DNA of 64,000 nucleotides from Raja brachyura (lineage: Eukaryota). The stretch is from the NCBI GenBank assembly GCA_963514005.1, contig OY740807.1, forward strand, positions 30,194,001 through 30,258,000. The letters are read 5' to 3'. Position numbers and translations under genes: made by a program. Positions 49,873-64,000 of this stretch are shown here, in pieces. Numbering within the stretch: the first letter of the stretch is position 1; each line of letters begins with the position of its first letter. The notes beneath the pieces are model-generated. The model was not told the DNA's origin, did not search any database, and worked only from the letters and a program-made list of their open reading frames with translations.

Positions 49873-50595
49873 TGGGCCTGTCCCACTCAGGCGACTGCAG
49901 GAGGCAGTGCAGCCGCCACATGGTCACCGCATGTGGGTGGTTGCCGGGGAGTCGCCTTCATGGTCGTGAGAAGTTCCTGCTTTCCGGGAACTAGTCGCGA
50001 CCTCATTATGGCCGCCGCAAATTTTTCAACATGTTGAAAAATTAGCGGCGACTCGAATGAAGCCGCCATGGAGAGTAGCGAGAATTCACGTGCCGTAGGT
50101 GGGTCGCAAGGAGGTCCTAATGGGTTGCCACAAGGTTGAAGGTTCCCGTAGGTTCTTGTAGGCTGTAGCTGGTGCTGACCGGTGAATTTAATTGGCTCTT
50201 TGGGGGGAAAAAACGTAAGCAGTAGTTTTCAGAACCAAGGATAACCGACCGGTAATGTTAAATGTCTGCCGAATTTCACAGCCGTGTATCTCTGGCTTCT
50301 TAAAAGTTGTCTCCACTCCTTCTCCACTCCTTCTTCCCCCCCTTCTTTTAAAGGACTTACTGTAGACTGTGCTAGCCGTCTTAATTACAGCGCCAACCTT
50401 CCTGTTCTGCACATTGGCTTTGCACCATGTGAATTTCAGACAGCGCTCCCCCCCGCTTGCCCTGTCCCCTATCTTTGCGATGTGTGTGTTCCACTCTGAC
50501 AGTCGCCGTTACAGTTGCTGGTTTTTCAGGCGACTGCCGGCAACTTGACACTCGCCGGCAGACGCTTGAAAAATCGCCTAAGCGGGACAGGCCCA
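49873..50595. mobile_element. PIF/Harbinger-type non-autonomous element
   Basis: TIR TGGGCCTGTCCCACTCAGGCGA / TCGCCTAAGCGGGACAGGCCCA, flanked by TTA and TAA. Confidence 0.75.
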
Positions 50596-50659
50596 TAAAG
50601 CATCATTAATTGAAGTACCTGTTCTTAAACTTCCACAAAGCCAGAATGTTTTACAAGCA

Positions 50660-51095
50660 ATAGAGTCGTACGGTGTAGAAACGGGCCCTTTGACCTACAC
50701 TAGTCCCAGCTGCCTGCATTTAGCCCAAATCCCCATTAACCTATCCTATCCATATACAGTGTCTATGGATACCTTAGAAATGTTGTAAACATTGTGATAG
50801 TACCTGCCTCGACTCCGGCAGTTCATTCCATATACCTATCAGCTTTTGTGTAAAAAAAATTGCCCCTCAGGTTCTTATTAAATCTTTCCCCCCTCATCGT
50901 AAACCTATCTCCTCGGGTTCTTGATTCCTCTACTCTGGGTCAAAAGCTCTGCGCATTTCCCCTATCTATTCCTCTCTTGATCTTATACGCCTCTATAAGA
51001 TCACTCCTCATCTCATTGCACTCCAAGGAATAAAGCCCTAACCCGTTCAACCTCTATCTATAGCTCAGGCCCTTGAGTCTTGGCAACATCCTCAT
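50660..51095 (-). mobile_element. CR1 3' fragment
   Basis: Similar to the CR1 tail at 7015-7470. Confidence 0.75.
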
Positions 51096-51633
51096 AAGAA
51101 AAGTATAGAATGAAAATGAAATTTTTTTAGTTCCATGAACGCTGGTTTTATAAATATGTGAACAGGGGAATTGGGACATTACATTTAGCAATTTTGCCTT
51201 CTACTCCACCAAATCATACAGAATTGTATATGTGCCAGTTTATCTTCCTCTTCTGTACGTACTGTATGTCCCAAAGGCAACCTAGTTAAGAACTTTAGTG
51301 CTCCAGTGAATAGCCGTAGTCCCCAAGCAGCTACCTAGAAGCTACATCAATTATTTAGTGTCACAATTGTAGAGAAGCCTTGAAGACAATGGGCATTTAA
51401 ATGTTAGTCTATCTGGAGATTCAATCCCTTTGTGTTCAAAGGTTGGGTTGTGTTGGTCATGGATGCCAATTAGATCATATCATTCCATTGTTAATCCTCC
51501 ACTGGATTCCTGCCTATGAAATAGCTGGCTTGAACTGATCGAGGTTCTTTGCACAGTGTCTCTGGCAGGCAAATGCATGTTGCAATATAATGGAAAAGGC
51601 CAGAGGTGCAAAGCAGAGGTATTGCTCACCTGA

Positions 51634-52075
51634 ACAATGGCGCATCTTATAGAGCCGCTGCCTCACAGCGCCAGAGGCCCAGGTTCGATCCTCACCTCAG
51701 GTTCTGTCGGAATGGAGAAACAAAGAACTGCAGGTGCTGGTATCATGCACAAAAGGTCACAAAGTACTGGAGTAACTCAGCAGATCAGGTAGCATCTCTG
51801 GAGAACATAGATAGGTGATGTCTCATTCTTCAGTCTGTAGTGAATTTGTATGTTCTCTCTGTGGCTGTCTGTGTTTCCTCTTGGTTTCCAGTTTCCTCCC
51901 ACATCCCAAAGATGTATGGGTTTGTAGGTTGATTGGCTACTATAAATAGCCGCTGGTACTCAGGGAGTGGATGAAATGTGGGATAACATAGAAATAGTGT
52001 GAATGGGTGATCGATAGTCAGCATAGGCGCAGTGGGCTGGAGAGCCAATTTCCATGGCTTTTCTCTAAACTAAAC
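51634..52075 (+). mobile_element. HE1-like SINE interrupted by a Penelope-like pLTR fragment
   Basis: SINE head 51634-51710, pLTR arm about 51712-51833, SINE core and tail 51834-52075. Confidence 0.7.
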
Positions 52076-52574
52076 CAGGGTAACGGCCAGTCATGATAAT
52101 ATTGGGCACAGCCAAATCCTTGCAGACATGGCCAGGCATGATTGCATTTGTTGCATTCACAAATACGGGCATAGTTTTGACCAAATATATCTAAAGACCG
52201 GCTTTACCTGGATGCATGCCTGCTCATATGCTTCTGTTCCTTCTGCAGAATCTTTATGTAGAGGGGCATTACTAGACAGATCTTCCACTCTTAGGTCTTC
52301 AGCATCACAAATCAGACTGACTCTTCCATGTTGAACTAGCAGAGCTGAAGGTGCCATATTTTGTATGAGTTGCCAAGGCTGTGTGCTCCCGGTGAACCGA
52401 AAGGCTATTTTGGAGAAGAGAAGGAGAGTTGCTCCAACATTCGGGCCTATAGTTATCTTTTTCTCAACTTTACTAAAAAATGAACAACCTGGATATTATT
52501 ACAGTGCTGTTTGTGAGAGCTGGTTGTGTACAATTAAACTGATGCACTTCTTACACTGCATCTCTGGCTACACT

Positions 52575-52879
52575 TAGTTTAGCTTAGTTTAATTGACACA
52601 GCAGGGAAACAGGCCTTTCGGCCCACCCAGTGCACACCGACCATTGATCACCCGATATTATCCCGCTTTCACCTCCTGCACACTAGGGACAATTTGCAGC
52701 AACGGATTCACCAACAAAGCAGCACGTCTTTGGAATGTGGGAGGAAACCAGAGCACCCGGAGGAAACCACGTGGTCACAGGACGTACAAACTCCACACAG
52801 ACAGCACCTGTAGTGAAGATTGAACTCCGGTCTCTGGTGTTGTGAAGAAGTAGCTCCATTACTGCGCCACTGCGCCGCC
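52575..52879 (-). mobile_element. HE1-like V-SINE
   Basis: GGAATGTGGGAGGAAACCAGAGCACCCGGAGGAAACC core; head ends ...GCGCCACTGCGCCGCCC. Confidence 0.75.
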
Positions 52880-53404
52880 CAGGAGATAAAAATGAATTGA
52901 ATGACTATCGAGCGCTTTGAGGCTTCCTGAACCACAGATGCACAGAGTGGTTACCGCATGGAAGCAGTTTCATTTGCCATACGTTTGCCTGTTTGGTTTA
53001 AATTTGAGTTTAGTTTATTGCCACATGTACCGAGATGCAGTGAAAAGCTTTTGTTGCGTGCTAACCAGCCAGCGGAAAGACAATACATGATTACAATCGA
53101 GCCACCCACAGTGAACAGAGACATAATAAAGGGAATAATGTGAATAACGTTTAGTGCAAGATAAAGCCAATAAAGTTCCTCCAACCTCCCTATATTTTTC
53201 TCACTGTTTCCTGTTCTTCCAGGTCTAGCGTTACATGCCAATTGGGAACTTATGCTCTGGATGCTCAAGCCCAAATCATCAACATGATTGTTTTGTTAGT
53301 AAAGCAAGACCCCTGGCAATATCAACATCCATGTTTTCTGTTTCCTGTCCTTGACCATTTTTTAATATATTTTATTCCGTGGACTAAAAAAAAGTCTATT
53401 AAGG

Positions 53405-53897
53405 TCATGTCATAAGGGAAAGGAGTAGAATTAGGCCATTCGGCCCATCAAGTCTACGCCATTCAATCATGGCCGATCTACCTCCTAACCCCATTCTCCT
53501 GCCTTCTTCCCATAACATCTGACCCCTGTACTAATCAAGAATCTATCCATCTCTGCCTTAAAAATACCAATTGGCTCCCTCAGCGTTCTGTGGCAAAGAA
53601 TTCCACAGATTCACCACCCTCTGGCTAAATAAATTCCTCCTCATCTCCTTCCAACCTTTAATTCTGACACTATGACCTCTGGTCCTAGATTCTCCACCCT
53701 CTGACTAATACCATTCCTTCTCATCTCCCTCCTAAAAGAATGTCCTTTAATTCTGTGGCTATGACCTCCAGTCCTAGACTCACACTAATGGAAACATCCT
53801 CTCCACATCCACTCTATCCAAGCCTTTAACTATTCTGTACCTTTCAATGAGGCTCCCCCTCATCCTCCAGCAAGTACAGGCCCAGTGCCGACAAACG
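53405..53897 (-). mobile_element. CR1 3' fragment (second subfamily)
   Basis: GGAGTAGAATTAGGCCATTCGGCCCATC tail. Relatives at about 45555-45880, 59880-60190 and 61975-62450. Confidence 0.75.
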
Positions 53898-55164
53898 TAT
53901 TTGGCACTTTATGTAAAGGCTTTTGGAAGTCCATGCATTAGCCGAATTTCTCTCATCTGTATTCTCTCATGAAAGGTTCCATTGTTTATTAAATATGATT
54001 TACTTTAAGAAATCGATGTGATTTTTGCGGAACAATCCACAAAAGTAGATACATTGCTAATTCTATCCCTGATTTTTGTAATATCTGGAAACCTTCCCAC
54101 CACTGAGATTAAGCTCATTGGCCTTTGATTGTTCAGTGTATTATTGCATCAGTTTTTGGAACCGTTTAACATTTATAATTCTGCAGTTTGCAAGCAACAC
54201 CCAGTACTTACAGTTAATTGGAGGAAAATAGCCAAAATCTCCACTGTTTTTACCATCCGCTGTCAAGGCCTGGTTAATTATCTACTTTAATACCTTTCTG
54301 GAACTTAATAGTTTTTAAGCCAGCTGGTATTTTAGCTGCTTTTTCTTTTGCTGAGATTCCAACAGCAACTTCTTCCCTGGTGATGCCTCGCTTAATATCT
54401 TTGCCAAGTCCCTCAGCCTCCATCAATAGATTTCTGTCCTAATCAACACCACATTTTCTCTTTCTTCCTGCTTACATGCTTATGGAATCCGCTTTATGTT
54501 TACTGCCCCTCTATGCTCGTAGAACATAGAACAGCACAGCTAATTCCACCTGCAGCAGTTTGGTTTGGTTTTGTGCATTTACAAGCTTAGGCAGTTAACT
54601 GATTCCAAACATTTTATTTTTAATCGGCTTGAAACAAAACATATTAATTCCACCTCTGGTGCTATTTCTCCTAATTATTTGTGATTTTTATCACCTTTAT
54701 GATGCTACATTCTGGTGCCTAAACCCTGACAAACCTGTCTCAACCTCCCCAACTCTCTCTCAAATCTCATAGCAGTGCACTGCACTCTTACAGTCCACCG
54801 CATTCATGTTGACCATGACGCCTATCCATGTTAATCCAATTTGCCTGCATTAGACCCAAACCCCACTAGCCCTTTCCTATCCAAGTACCAGTCCAATGCC
54901 GTTTAAATGGTCCCTCCACCACTCCTTCTGACAGCACATTTCACCATCCTCTATGTTCAAAATGCACCCCTCAGATCTCCTTTAAATTTCTTCCCGCTGT
55001 GTACTCCTGTTTAAGATTCCTCTGTCCTGGAAAATATTTCTAGCTCTCTGTCATGTCTATGTTATTCATGATTTTGTAAACGTCTGTATGATCATCCTTC
55101 AGCTTCCTACATTCCAGTGCAGAATAAAGTTGTATTGTTTGCTAAACAGGGAAAAAGCATCTCC

Positions 55165-55480
55165 TATGGGGTTCTGTACTGCGTCTTGATGGATCCAGAC
55201 TGTTGCTCAAGGTGCTCCTCAGGTTGACCAGTGTGTCATGGAGGGGGTGAGATGTATTGTCCAAGATGCTCCGCAGTTTGAGAAGCATCCAACCCTCCAA
55301 GACCACCTCCCGTGAATCCAACTCCGCCCCAGGACAGAGCCAGCCTTCCTGATGAGTTTGTCAATCCTGTTGGCGTCCGCGGCCTTCAGCCCTGTTGCGT
55401 CAGCACACAGCAGTGAATAAGATAGCACTGGTTACCACTGATCGGTAGAACATCTGCAGCATCTTATTACGTCTTGCGCA
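55165..55480 (-). mobile_element. Rex/Babar LINE fragment
   Basis: MLQMFYRSVVTSAILFTAVC / GLKAADANRIDKLIRKAGSVLG. An overlapping family segment with 3' tail lies in the opposite orientation at about 56700-57015. Confidence 0.75.
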
Positions 55481-58180
55481 ACATTCTGTCTGCATTCTAG
55501 CCACTGTTTCGTACAATTGCAACCAACTTAACGGTGGTTCTGCTTTATAAAGTGTTTCCTTAACACAAATTGGACATAACGTGTTTGATAAATCAGGGAA
55601 CACGATCTGTATTACGCGGGCTAAATTGTTTATAGTGCAACTTCCATTGGGAACTAGAAAACCACTGTGGAAAGGTACTTTGGAAATTGACACTCTGAGA
55701 AAAAGCTGTCTTGGGGGAAAAAAAAGTCAATGGGTCAGGCAGCATCTATGGAGAACATGGATAGGTGATGTCTTGGATAGTGACACTGATGCACTTTTTT
55801 AGTGGCGCTTTTGGACAAATTTGTCTCATTTACACAAATGGCACCTTGCAAAGGAACATGTAAATGGCACTTCTTGTATGAAATTTGAATCTTGAAAATG
55901 CGATTAATTTCTTTGTAAGCCACACTAGGAGAGCAATCCTACCGCAACTAGAGAGCAGTCCTGAATCACTATCTACCTCATTGGAGACCCTCACTATGAT
56001 CAGACTTTACTGGCTTTATAACCATATAACCATATAACAATTACAGCACGGAAACAGGCCTTCTCGGCCCTTCCAGTCCGTGCCGACCATTCATTTTCCC
56101 CTAGTCCCGTCCACCTGCACTCAGACCATACCCCTCCATTCCCTTCCCGTCCATATACCTATCCACTTTACTTTAAAATGTTAAAATTGATCCTGCCTCC
56201 ACCACTTCTGCAGGAAGATCATTCTACACAGCCACCACTCTCTGAGTAAAGTAGTTCCCCCTCATGTTACCCCTAAACTTCTGTCCCTTAATCTTGCAGG
56301 AAATATTATTCACGTTACACCCATTATCATATATCTGTACACTGTGAATGGCTCGATTGCAATCATGTATTGTCTTTCTGCAGGCTGGTTAGCACGCAAC
56401 AAAAGCTTTTTCACTGTACCTCGGCACATGTGACAATAAACTAAATTATGTGTGAAGAGTAAGGACAAGCCCTATGTTTGGACTATTTAAAGGAATCACC
56501 ACTTTGCTTGAAGATTAGACGGGAAGAGAATGGTAGCAGAGTAAGAGGGCTCGGTTCCATTTCCGGGCATAGAGAGAGATGTTGTCCAAATGTTAGAAAA
56601 CCTTGTGACTGTTTGGACTTGAAATGATAAATATCAATATGGTGTAGACATTCTGGAAATCCCAGCTTTAGGACTTCACATTCAATGCCATCCCAATACA
56701 GCTCACCCCCTCCATAACACACTGGTCAACCTGAGGAGCACCTTCAGCAACAGACTGGTTCCACCAAGATGCAGGACAGAACGCCTCAGGAGATCCTGTG
56801 GCTATCAAAGTTTACAACTCCTCCCGCTTCTGTCGTGAAGCAGACTGAGACTGAGACTTACTCCCCTTCACCCCACCCCTCCCCAATCTTTGCACATCCC
56901 CCAAGCCTTTTCACTCCTCACTTTAATTTCATGTTTCATGTATTTTGAGTTTTTTATGACTGTTGGCAGATCAATTTCCCTCCTGGGATAAATAAAATTC
57001 TATCGTATCGTATCGTTATCAATATTGCCCATTCACCCACCATCATTCCTGAGAAATACATTGATCGGCAAATGGCCTCCTCCAGGCACTTACTTACTGT
57101 TGGTGCAAGAGAAAGTGCAGGGAGGACTCTGCAAGCCACTTCGACTTTACAAAAACATTCCTCAAAGCTCTAAAGACACAGACGAATACGCTCTGCTGAC
57201 GTCCACAAGTGCAGATGAATGGAGAATACCCGTCTCCCTCAGAGCAAAGCAGCTTTGCTGCCCCTACCAACAGGCCTGAATTTTCACTGCAGTCAATTAA
57301 ATGCTTGCAGCACGAGCTGCAATGTGTCAGCTTGGCGGCAGCTAAGTTACCTCCTCTAGAAGGACAAGGGTAGACTTTTATTTGCTCCCTCTAATGCCTG
57401 AAAGGTGGACTCCTAATCACATTACTTCCTTGCTTGGAATATAATTCTCCTTTTGTGTGTTCTGACAGCAGACGCCATTTTAGAAAAAAAAAGACACAAA
57501 GTGCTGAAGTAACTCTGCGGGTCAGGCAGCACCTCTGAGAACACAGAGAGGTGTTGTTTTGGGTCGGGACCCTCTCTCAGACTGATGTTTTGGGTCAGAA
57601 TCCTTCTATAGGTCAGGACCAGTCAGAAAAAGGGTTCTCCAGAGATGCTGCCTGACCCGCTGAGATACTCCAGCATTTTGTGTCATTTCTTGGCAACATT
57701 AGAGTTTGCTGCAAGACTATTGTGAACAGCTCCTCACTGCTGCTAATGGCAGAAAGGGACAAGCAACAAAGGCAATCGTCCCGCAGTGCCCACGAGCGAT
57801 AGAGAGAAACAAGGCATCTCTCCACCTATCACTTGCCAGCTCGTGCCCCATCTCCTTCCCCATAACGATTTCTTCCAGCTATCTCCTCTCTACCCCATCA
57901 GCCTGAAGTAAAGTCCCATGTTCTCATCCCTCAGTTACTGATCTGCGTAAGTCCTCATCTACACAAAGCATGAAAGCAACCACCTCAACCGGGCAAGTGG
58001 TTAATTGAACCAATGGAGACTGCAAACATGCACTAATCATCCTTTTGCTTTGATTTAGTCCCTGTACTATGTGTGCAGCCTGCTATCCGACCTCTGCTAT
58101 TCCCCAACAACCCCACCCTCAGGCAGCTCACCGAAGTAGCCACGGACTATCTGCTTGATAATTTCAGCATCTAGTCTTCC

Positions 58181-58489
58181 TTTAGACTTTAGACTTTAGG
58201 GATACAGCGTTGAAACGGGCTGTTCAGCCCACGGGTTCGCGCCGACCAGTGATCACCCAGGTACACTAGCGCTATCCTCCACGCACTAAGGGACAATTTA
58301 CAAAGTACAGAATCCAATGAACCTACAAATCTGTACGTCTTTGGACTGTGGGAGGAAGCCGGAGCACCCGGAGAAAACCCACGCAGTCACAGGGAGAACG
58401 TACAAACTCTGTTACAGACAGCCGCTGTAGTCAAGATCGAACCCAGGTGTCTGGCGCTGTGAGGCAGCAACCCTACCGCTCTGCCGCCC
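58181..58489 (-). mobile_element. HE1-like V-SINE
   Basis: (TTTAGAC)n tail plus core and tRNA-like head in reverse. Confidence 0.8.
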
Positions 58490-60542
58490 AACTATCCTCT
58501 TCAACTTGAAAATAGCTCTTAGATTATATCACCCACAAATACATAACACCCCAATCCATTCATCTCCAAACCCCCCACCCCCCCCCCCCCCAAAAATAAA
58601 TTGGGGAAGTAACATCCCAGCAATTAAACTGTTAAAGCCAATATTTCTGTTCATTCTTTTTAAACTTCGGAGAATGTAGTCCTATTCTTTTCAATTTTAA
58701 AGGACTTTCTTCTTATCCCAGGAGGAGATTAATAATCCTTTAATAATCCGCCTATTTTTTCACTGAACCGAATCTATCCAGGTGAGCAATGGAATCTGTG
58801 AAGTTTTATTTGCTATAAAATTAGATATTTTTGATCAACTTCTCATAGCCACATCTCTTAAAATCCAATTTATTGGACCAAACTTTTGGTTTCTGTCTAC
58901 AGATCAATCCCTTGATGTGATTGTGTGTGTAATTGTGTTAGATGATGCTCCTGAAAATTGCTTCACGTAGGAATGAACAGCAGATGCTGGTTGACACCAA
59001 AGATAGACACAAAATGCTGGAGAAACCCAGCGGGTCAAGCAACATCTCTGGAGAGAAGGAATAGCTGACGTTTCAGGTTGAGACCCTTCTTCAGACTCTG
59101 CAGTATGGTTTTCGACCCGAAATATCACCTATTCCTTTTCTCCATTTTGTGGGTCTATCCCCTGAAAATTAACTTGGGAACATTTTTCTTTGTTAATATG
59201 TGCTACGTATTTGTCAACTGTTACACTCTGATGTTGCAGTTAGGGATTTACTGTAAAGATAGGTGGATTTAAACAGCGCTGAGTTTTGTGATCATTAATT
59301 CATGTACATTAAAAGTGAGGCACAAACCCACACAGCACTGAAAAAAATTAATTCAATATTTTAGATGCTTGATAGCTAAATTAATGTGCAATATTGACCA
59401 TTCATATGCAAGAGCCAAACAAAATTTGCATGTACATTTACATTTGTTTTAATTGAAGAGAAGTCCTTGTTCATTTTCTGTCATCTTTTAATTAATCTGC
59501 AAGGATAATTGACTATGTTCAATTTAACGATAACAACAATTTTACAAGGATATTAATTTTAAAATGTGTCATATACAGTATTTTCTTTTTTTTTAACGGC
59601 ATGATCTCCCAGGAATTTCTTTCTTTTGTTTCAGTATCAAGCACATTTGCATTAATAGTCTATCAAGCCAGCATCTGCGTATATCTTTGATTACCATCAA
59701 TCTCTATAACTGGCAGTCAGCATCTCTTCATGAATATCTAATTAGAATAGAAACCTTATGGGTAATAACTTTCTCCAACTTCTGATGCATTTGCCTGTAT
59801 TATGAGTAATATGATTCTGGTTTTCATTCTCTTAGGAAGCAAATCCTGAGAAAACATTCAAACTGTTTTCACAAGTTCAAAAGTTATTGGAGTAGAATTA
59901 GGTAATTCGGCCCATCGGGTCTACGCCACTGTTCAATCATGGGTGATCGCTGCCTCCTCATCCCATTTTTCTACCTTCTCCCCATAACCCTTGACACCCA
60001 TTCTAATCAAGAATTTGTCCATCTTGCCCTGAAAATATTCACTTACTTGGCCTCCACTGCCCTCTGTGGCAATGAGTTTCACAGATTAACTGCCCTCAGA
60101 TGAAAACAGTTCCTGCTCACCCCCTTTCTAAAAGAGCGCCCTTTAATTCTGAGGCTATGACCTCTGGTCCTAGACTCCCCCACTAGTGGGAGACCAATCT
60201 GCACTTATTTGTTTTGTACAGCAAGCCATACTGCTCTCACTTTTGTGTCAACTTTATGTCACTGTGGAGTTGCTACACTGTTGGATGCCCTGTCTTCTGA
60301 ATGTGTTGTTAAATACCACTCTCACCTAGACGTAGAAGATTAAATGACACATTTTTTTCTTTGAGGAGTAGAGTTATCCTTGGAACCCTGAACATTACTT
60401 GTAAGAAGGAACTGCAGATGCTGGTTTACGGTGAAGATAGGTTTAGAAGGAGGGTCTCGACCCGAAATGCCACTCATTCCTCTCTCTTCCTTGTCCCGCT
60501 GAGTTACTCCAGAATTTTGTGTCTATCCTGAGCAATATCCAA

Positions 60543-61742
60543 ATATAACCATATAACAATTACAGCACGGAAACAGGCCTTCTCGGCCCTTCCAGTCCAT
60601 GCTGACCATTTATTTTTCCCCTAGTCCCATCTACCTGCACTCAGACCATACCCCTCAATTCCCTTCCCGTCCATATACCTATCCACTTTACTTTTAAATG
60701 TTAAAATCGATCCTGCCTCCACCACTTCTGCAGGAAGATCATTCCACACAGCCACCACTCTCTGAGTAAAGTTCCACCTCATGTTACCCCCTAAACTTCT
60801 GTCCCTTAATTCTCATGTCATGCCCTCTTGTTTGAATCTTCCCTACCCTCAATGGGAAAAGCTTATCCACGTCAACTCTGTCTATCCCTTTCATCATTTT
60901 AAAGACTTCAATCAAGTCCCCCCTTAACCTTCCTTATTTAAAGAATAAACGTGTTCAACCTTTCTCTGTAACTTAGTTGCTGGAACACAGGCAACATTCT
61001 AGTAAATCTCCTCTGTACTCTCTCTATTTTGTTGACATCCTTCCTATAATTAGGCGACCAAAATTGTACACCATACTCCAGAATTGGTCTTACCAATGCC
61101 TTTGTACAATTTTAACATTACTTCTCTACTCCTATATTCAATGCTCTGATTTATAAAGGCCAGCACACCAAAAGCTTTCTTTACCACCCTATCTACATGC
61201 GATTCCACCTTCAGGGAACTATGCACAGTTATTCTTAGATCGCTCTGTTCCACAGCATTCCTCAATTCCCTACCATTTACCATGTACATCCTATTTTGAT
61301 TTGTCCTGCCAAGATGTAGCACCTCACACTTATCAACATTAAATTCCATCTGGCATCTTTCAGCCCACTCTTCCAAATGGCCCGAATCTCTCTGTAGACT
61401 TTGAAAATCTACTTCATTATCCACAGCACCACCTATCTTAGTATCATCTGCATACTTACTTATCCAATTTTCCATCCCATCATCTAGATCATTGATGTAC
61501 ATGACAAACAACAGTGGACCCAACACAGATCCCTGAGGCACCCCACTGGTCACCGGTTTCCAACCTGACAAACAGCCATCCACCATTACTCTCTGGCATC
61601 TCCCATTCAGCCACTGTTGAATCCATCTTGCTACTCCGCCATTAACACCCAAAGATCGAACCTTCTTAACCAACCTTCCATGGGGAACCTTGTCAAAGGC
61701 CTTACTGAAATCCATATAGACAACATCCACTGCTTTACCCTT
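60543..61742 (-). mobile_element. CR1 LINE 3' portion with open RT
   Basis: ORF 61050-61856 has VDVVYMDFSKAFDKVPHGRL, GVPQGSVLGPLLF, YINDL and SKYADDTK. (ATATAACC)n tail, shared with copies at 56020-56295 and 19380-19525. Confidence 0.92.
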
Positions 61743-63654
61743 GTATTTCACCATCACAATGGGTGTGTGAGAGCTTTCCTTCTGCAAATTGGCTGCCACT
61801 CTTACTATATTAGCATGGTGAGCATACAGCCAGAAATTGCATTGGCTGTTTTCCACTTAAGGGTGTTTTATATTTGTAGGAGCTGATTCACTTTTTTTTT
61901 CCCCTGTTTTTTTGGTTCACTGTAAGTGCCACTGTGCATGTATGCAACAGAAAATTAATCTCCAAATTATATATGTTAGAAACATAGAAAAATAGGTGCA
62001 GGAGTAGGTCATTCAATATGATCATGGCTGATCATCCAGAATCCAGTACCCTGTTCCTGCTTTCTCTCCATAAACCCTTGATTTCATCTGCCCTCAGAGC
62101 TACAGTATATCTAACTCTCTCTTGAATACATCCAGTGAATTGGCCTCCAGTCTTCTGTGGCAGAGAATTCCACAGATTCACAATTCTCAGGGCGAAACGA
62201 TTTTTCCTCATATCAGTCATAACCTGTGACCTAAACTGTGGCCCCTGGTTCTGGACTCCCCCAACATAATTTTTCCTGCATCTAGCCTCTCCAATACCTT
62301 AAGAATTTTATATGTTTCTATAAGATCCCCTCTCATCCGTCTAAATTCCAGTGAATATAAGCCCAGTCAATTCATTCTTTCGTCAGATGTCACTCCCGCC
62401 ATCCCGGGAATTAACCTGGTGAACCTATGCTGCACTCGCTCAATAGCAATAAAACCCTCAATGAAATATGTAGAGCAATCCAGAGGCCTCAGTTTTACAT
62501 TTCTCAGTTATTCAACGTCGACTGTAGATAAGCTATATTCTAACCAGTCTGACTGTCATTCTATTAACACAATTGCATTCCACTCTGGGACAGCCAATTG
62601 TCATAAGCATAGCACGGATAGAAATGGTGCTATGCATGCACATCTCTGGGATGTATAGTTAATGGATTATCTGACACTGGATTGTGAAGTGAGGAGTTTC
62701 AGGAGCTGATGAGGGGCATCGTGACAAATCAGCAGATGAAAATGAGCGGAACGTGTGAGGCAGTGTCATTTGAATGTGAGAATTGCATTTAAAAAAACAT
62801 TAACCAGTGGGGGGATATAAGAAACAGAGTGATTGAACAGCACAGGTGCATGCCAATAATGGAGAAACAAGCAAGTGCAGATGCTGGTTTACAAAAAAAA
62901 GACACAAAGTGCTGGAGTAACTCAGAGGGTGAGGCAACACCTCTGGAGAACATGGACAGAACCTCAGATGCTGCTGAACCTGCTGAGTTACCCCAGCACC
63001 CTGTGACCCTGCATGTCAATGATATTTGGCATTGAATATTAGCGCCATGGAAAATAACACCTGGGTTTTTCAGTCTGCGCGGAGCTCATTTTTGGAACTC
63101 AGGTGTAAATCTAGTGTCCAGATTGGACCCAGACTTTCCAGTGCTGCATGCTATGAATTGTGAGGGTGACAGACACGGTAGGTACCTAACTTGAGTCTGA
63201 AGCCGGTGTCTCAATGGTTTAGCAGTCAGCTGAACTATGAAGCCGGAGGTCAGAGGTCGGAGTACCAAGGTCAGAGGCCGGAGTCCCAAGGCAGGAGTCT
63301 CGAGGTTGCATAGGGGAGCCACTGAGAACAAAGGTGGGGGGGGGGGGGGGACGGGACCCAGTGTGAGGGAGGTGGGGGGGGGGGGGAGGCTTCAAGAACA
63401 AAGGGGAGGAGACAATTGGGGCAAAAAAACGGGGTACTTTATCTCCGTCCTTTAAGTTGTGACTTTGCATGTCTAGGCAAGCAAAACAAAACAACTCACT
63501 CTGACATGTCACATGTGACAATGAAAGTATCTAATCTAATCTAAGTCCTCACGTGTGCTTTATGGGGTTGAAGTGCATGCCCATCCATTTTAAAGATGTG
63601 GCACACTAGATGGGGAACTGTCCTTTGCAGACCACCTCTTGCACTACCATGGAC

Positions 63655-63967
63655 TTGTTTTAGTTTAGTTCAGCTTAGGGATAGAGCACGGAAACAGGCC
63701 CGTCGGCTATTCCGCACCAACAAGTAATCCCCGCACATGAACACCACCATACAAGCACTAGGGACAATTTTACATTTATACCAAGCCAATTAACTTACAA
63801 CACTGTAAGTCTTACGAGTGTGGGAGGAAACCAAAGAGCTCAGAGAAAACCCATGCAGGTCATGGGGAAAACACCCAAACACCGTATAGACAAGTAACCT
63901 TAGTCAGGATCGAACCCGGGTCTCTGACGCTGTAAGGCGGTAGCTCTACCTTTACTCCACCGTGCCA
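63655..63967 (-). mobile_element. HE1-like V-SINE
   Basis: (TTTAG)n tail, GTGGGAGGAAACC core, GTCAGGATCGAACCCGGGTCTCTG B-box region. Confidence 0.8.
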
Positions 63968-64000
63968 CTGTGTTTTCTAATTGTATTTTACGCTAAAGTC

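Noticed and set aside
55190-56785. Long inverted repeat as TIRs of one large transposon
   Set aside because: Both arms are internal parts of Rex/Babar LINE fragments in opposite orientation, and I saw no TSD.
37291-64000. Next CALN1 exon (DGQVDFDEFMTILGPK...)
   Set aside because: Not found by eye or in the ORF track. It probably lies beyond the window, though a short exon could have been missed.

Overview
Eukaryotic genomic DNA, not prokaryotic. The repeat content (HE1-like V-SINEs, CR1/HER1 LINEs, Penelope-like repeats) points to a cartilaginous fish, probably a skate or ray. The window holds the 5' part of CALN1 (calneuron-1/CaBP8) on the + strand: a CpG-rich promoter with a probable 5'UTR exon, coding exon A (4086-4215, ATG 4095), a 32.9-kb intron, and the 144-bp EF-hand exon (37147-37290). 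I found no later CALN1 exons. The rest is intron rich in mobile elements. The main ones are: (1) a terminally complete but internally deleted DIRS tyrosine-recombinase retrotransposon (40341-44414) whose ITR/ICR circle junction can be read base by base; (2) many Penelope-like pLTR repeats carrying a minimal hammerhead-ribozyme motif, often as head-to-head palindromes with TSDs, plus a GIY-YIG remnant; (3) a non-autonomous Helitron carrying two minisatellites; (4) hAT and Harbinger MITEs, a 5'-truncated L1, and many CR1, Rex/Babar and SINE fragments. Family assignments come from motif recognition, not database searches. Boundaries of old repeats are approximate. I saw no clearly unprecedented system; the ribozyme-bearing palindromes and the gag-only DIRS are the best leads.
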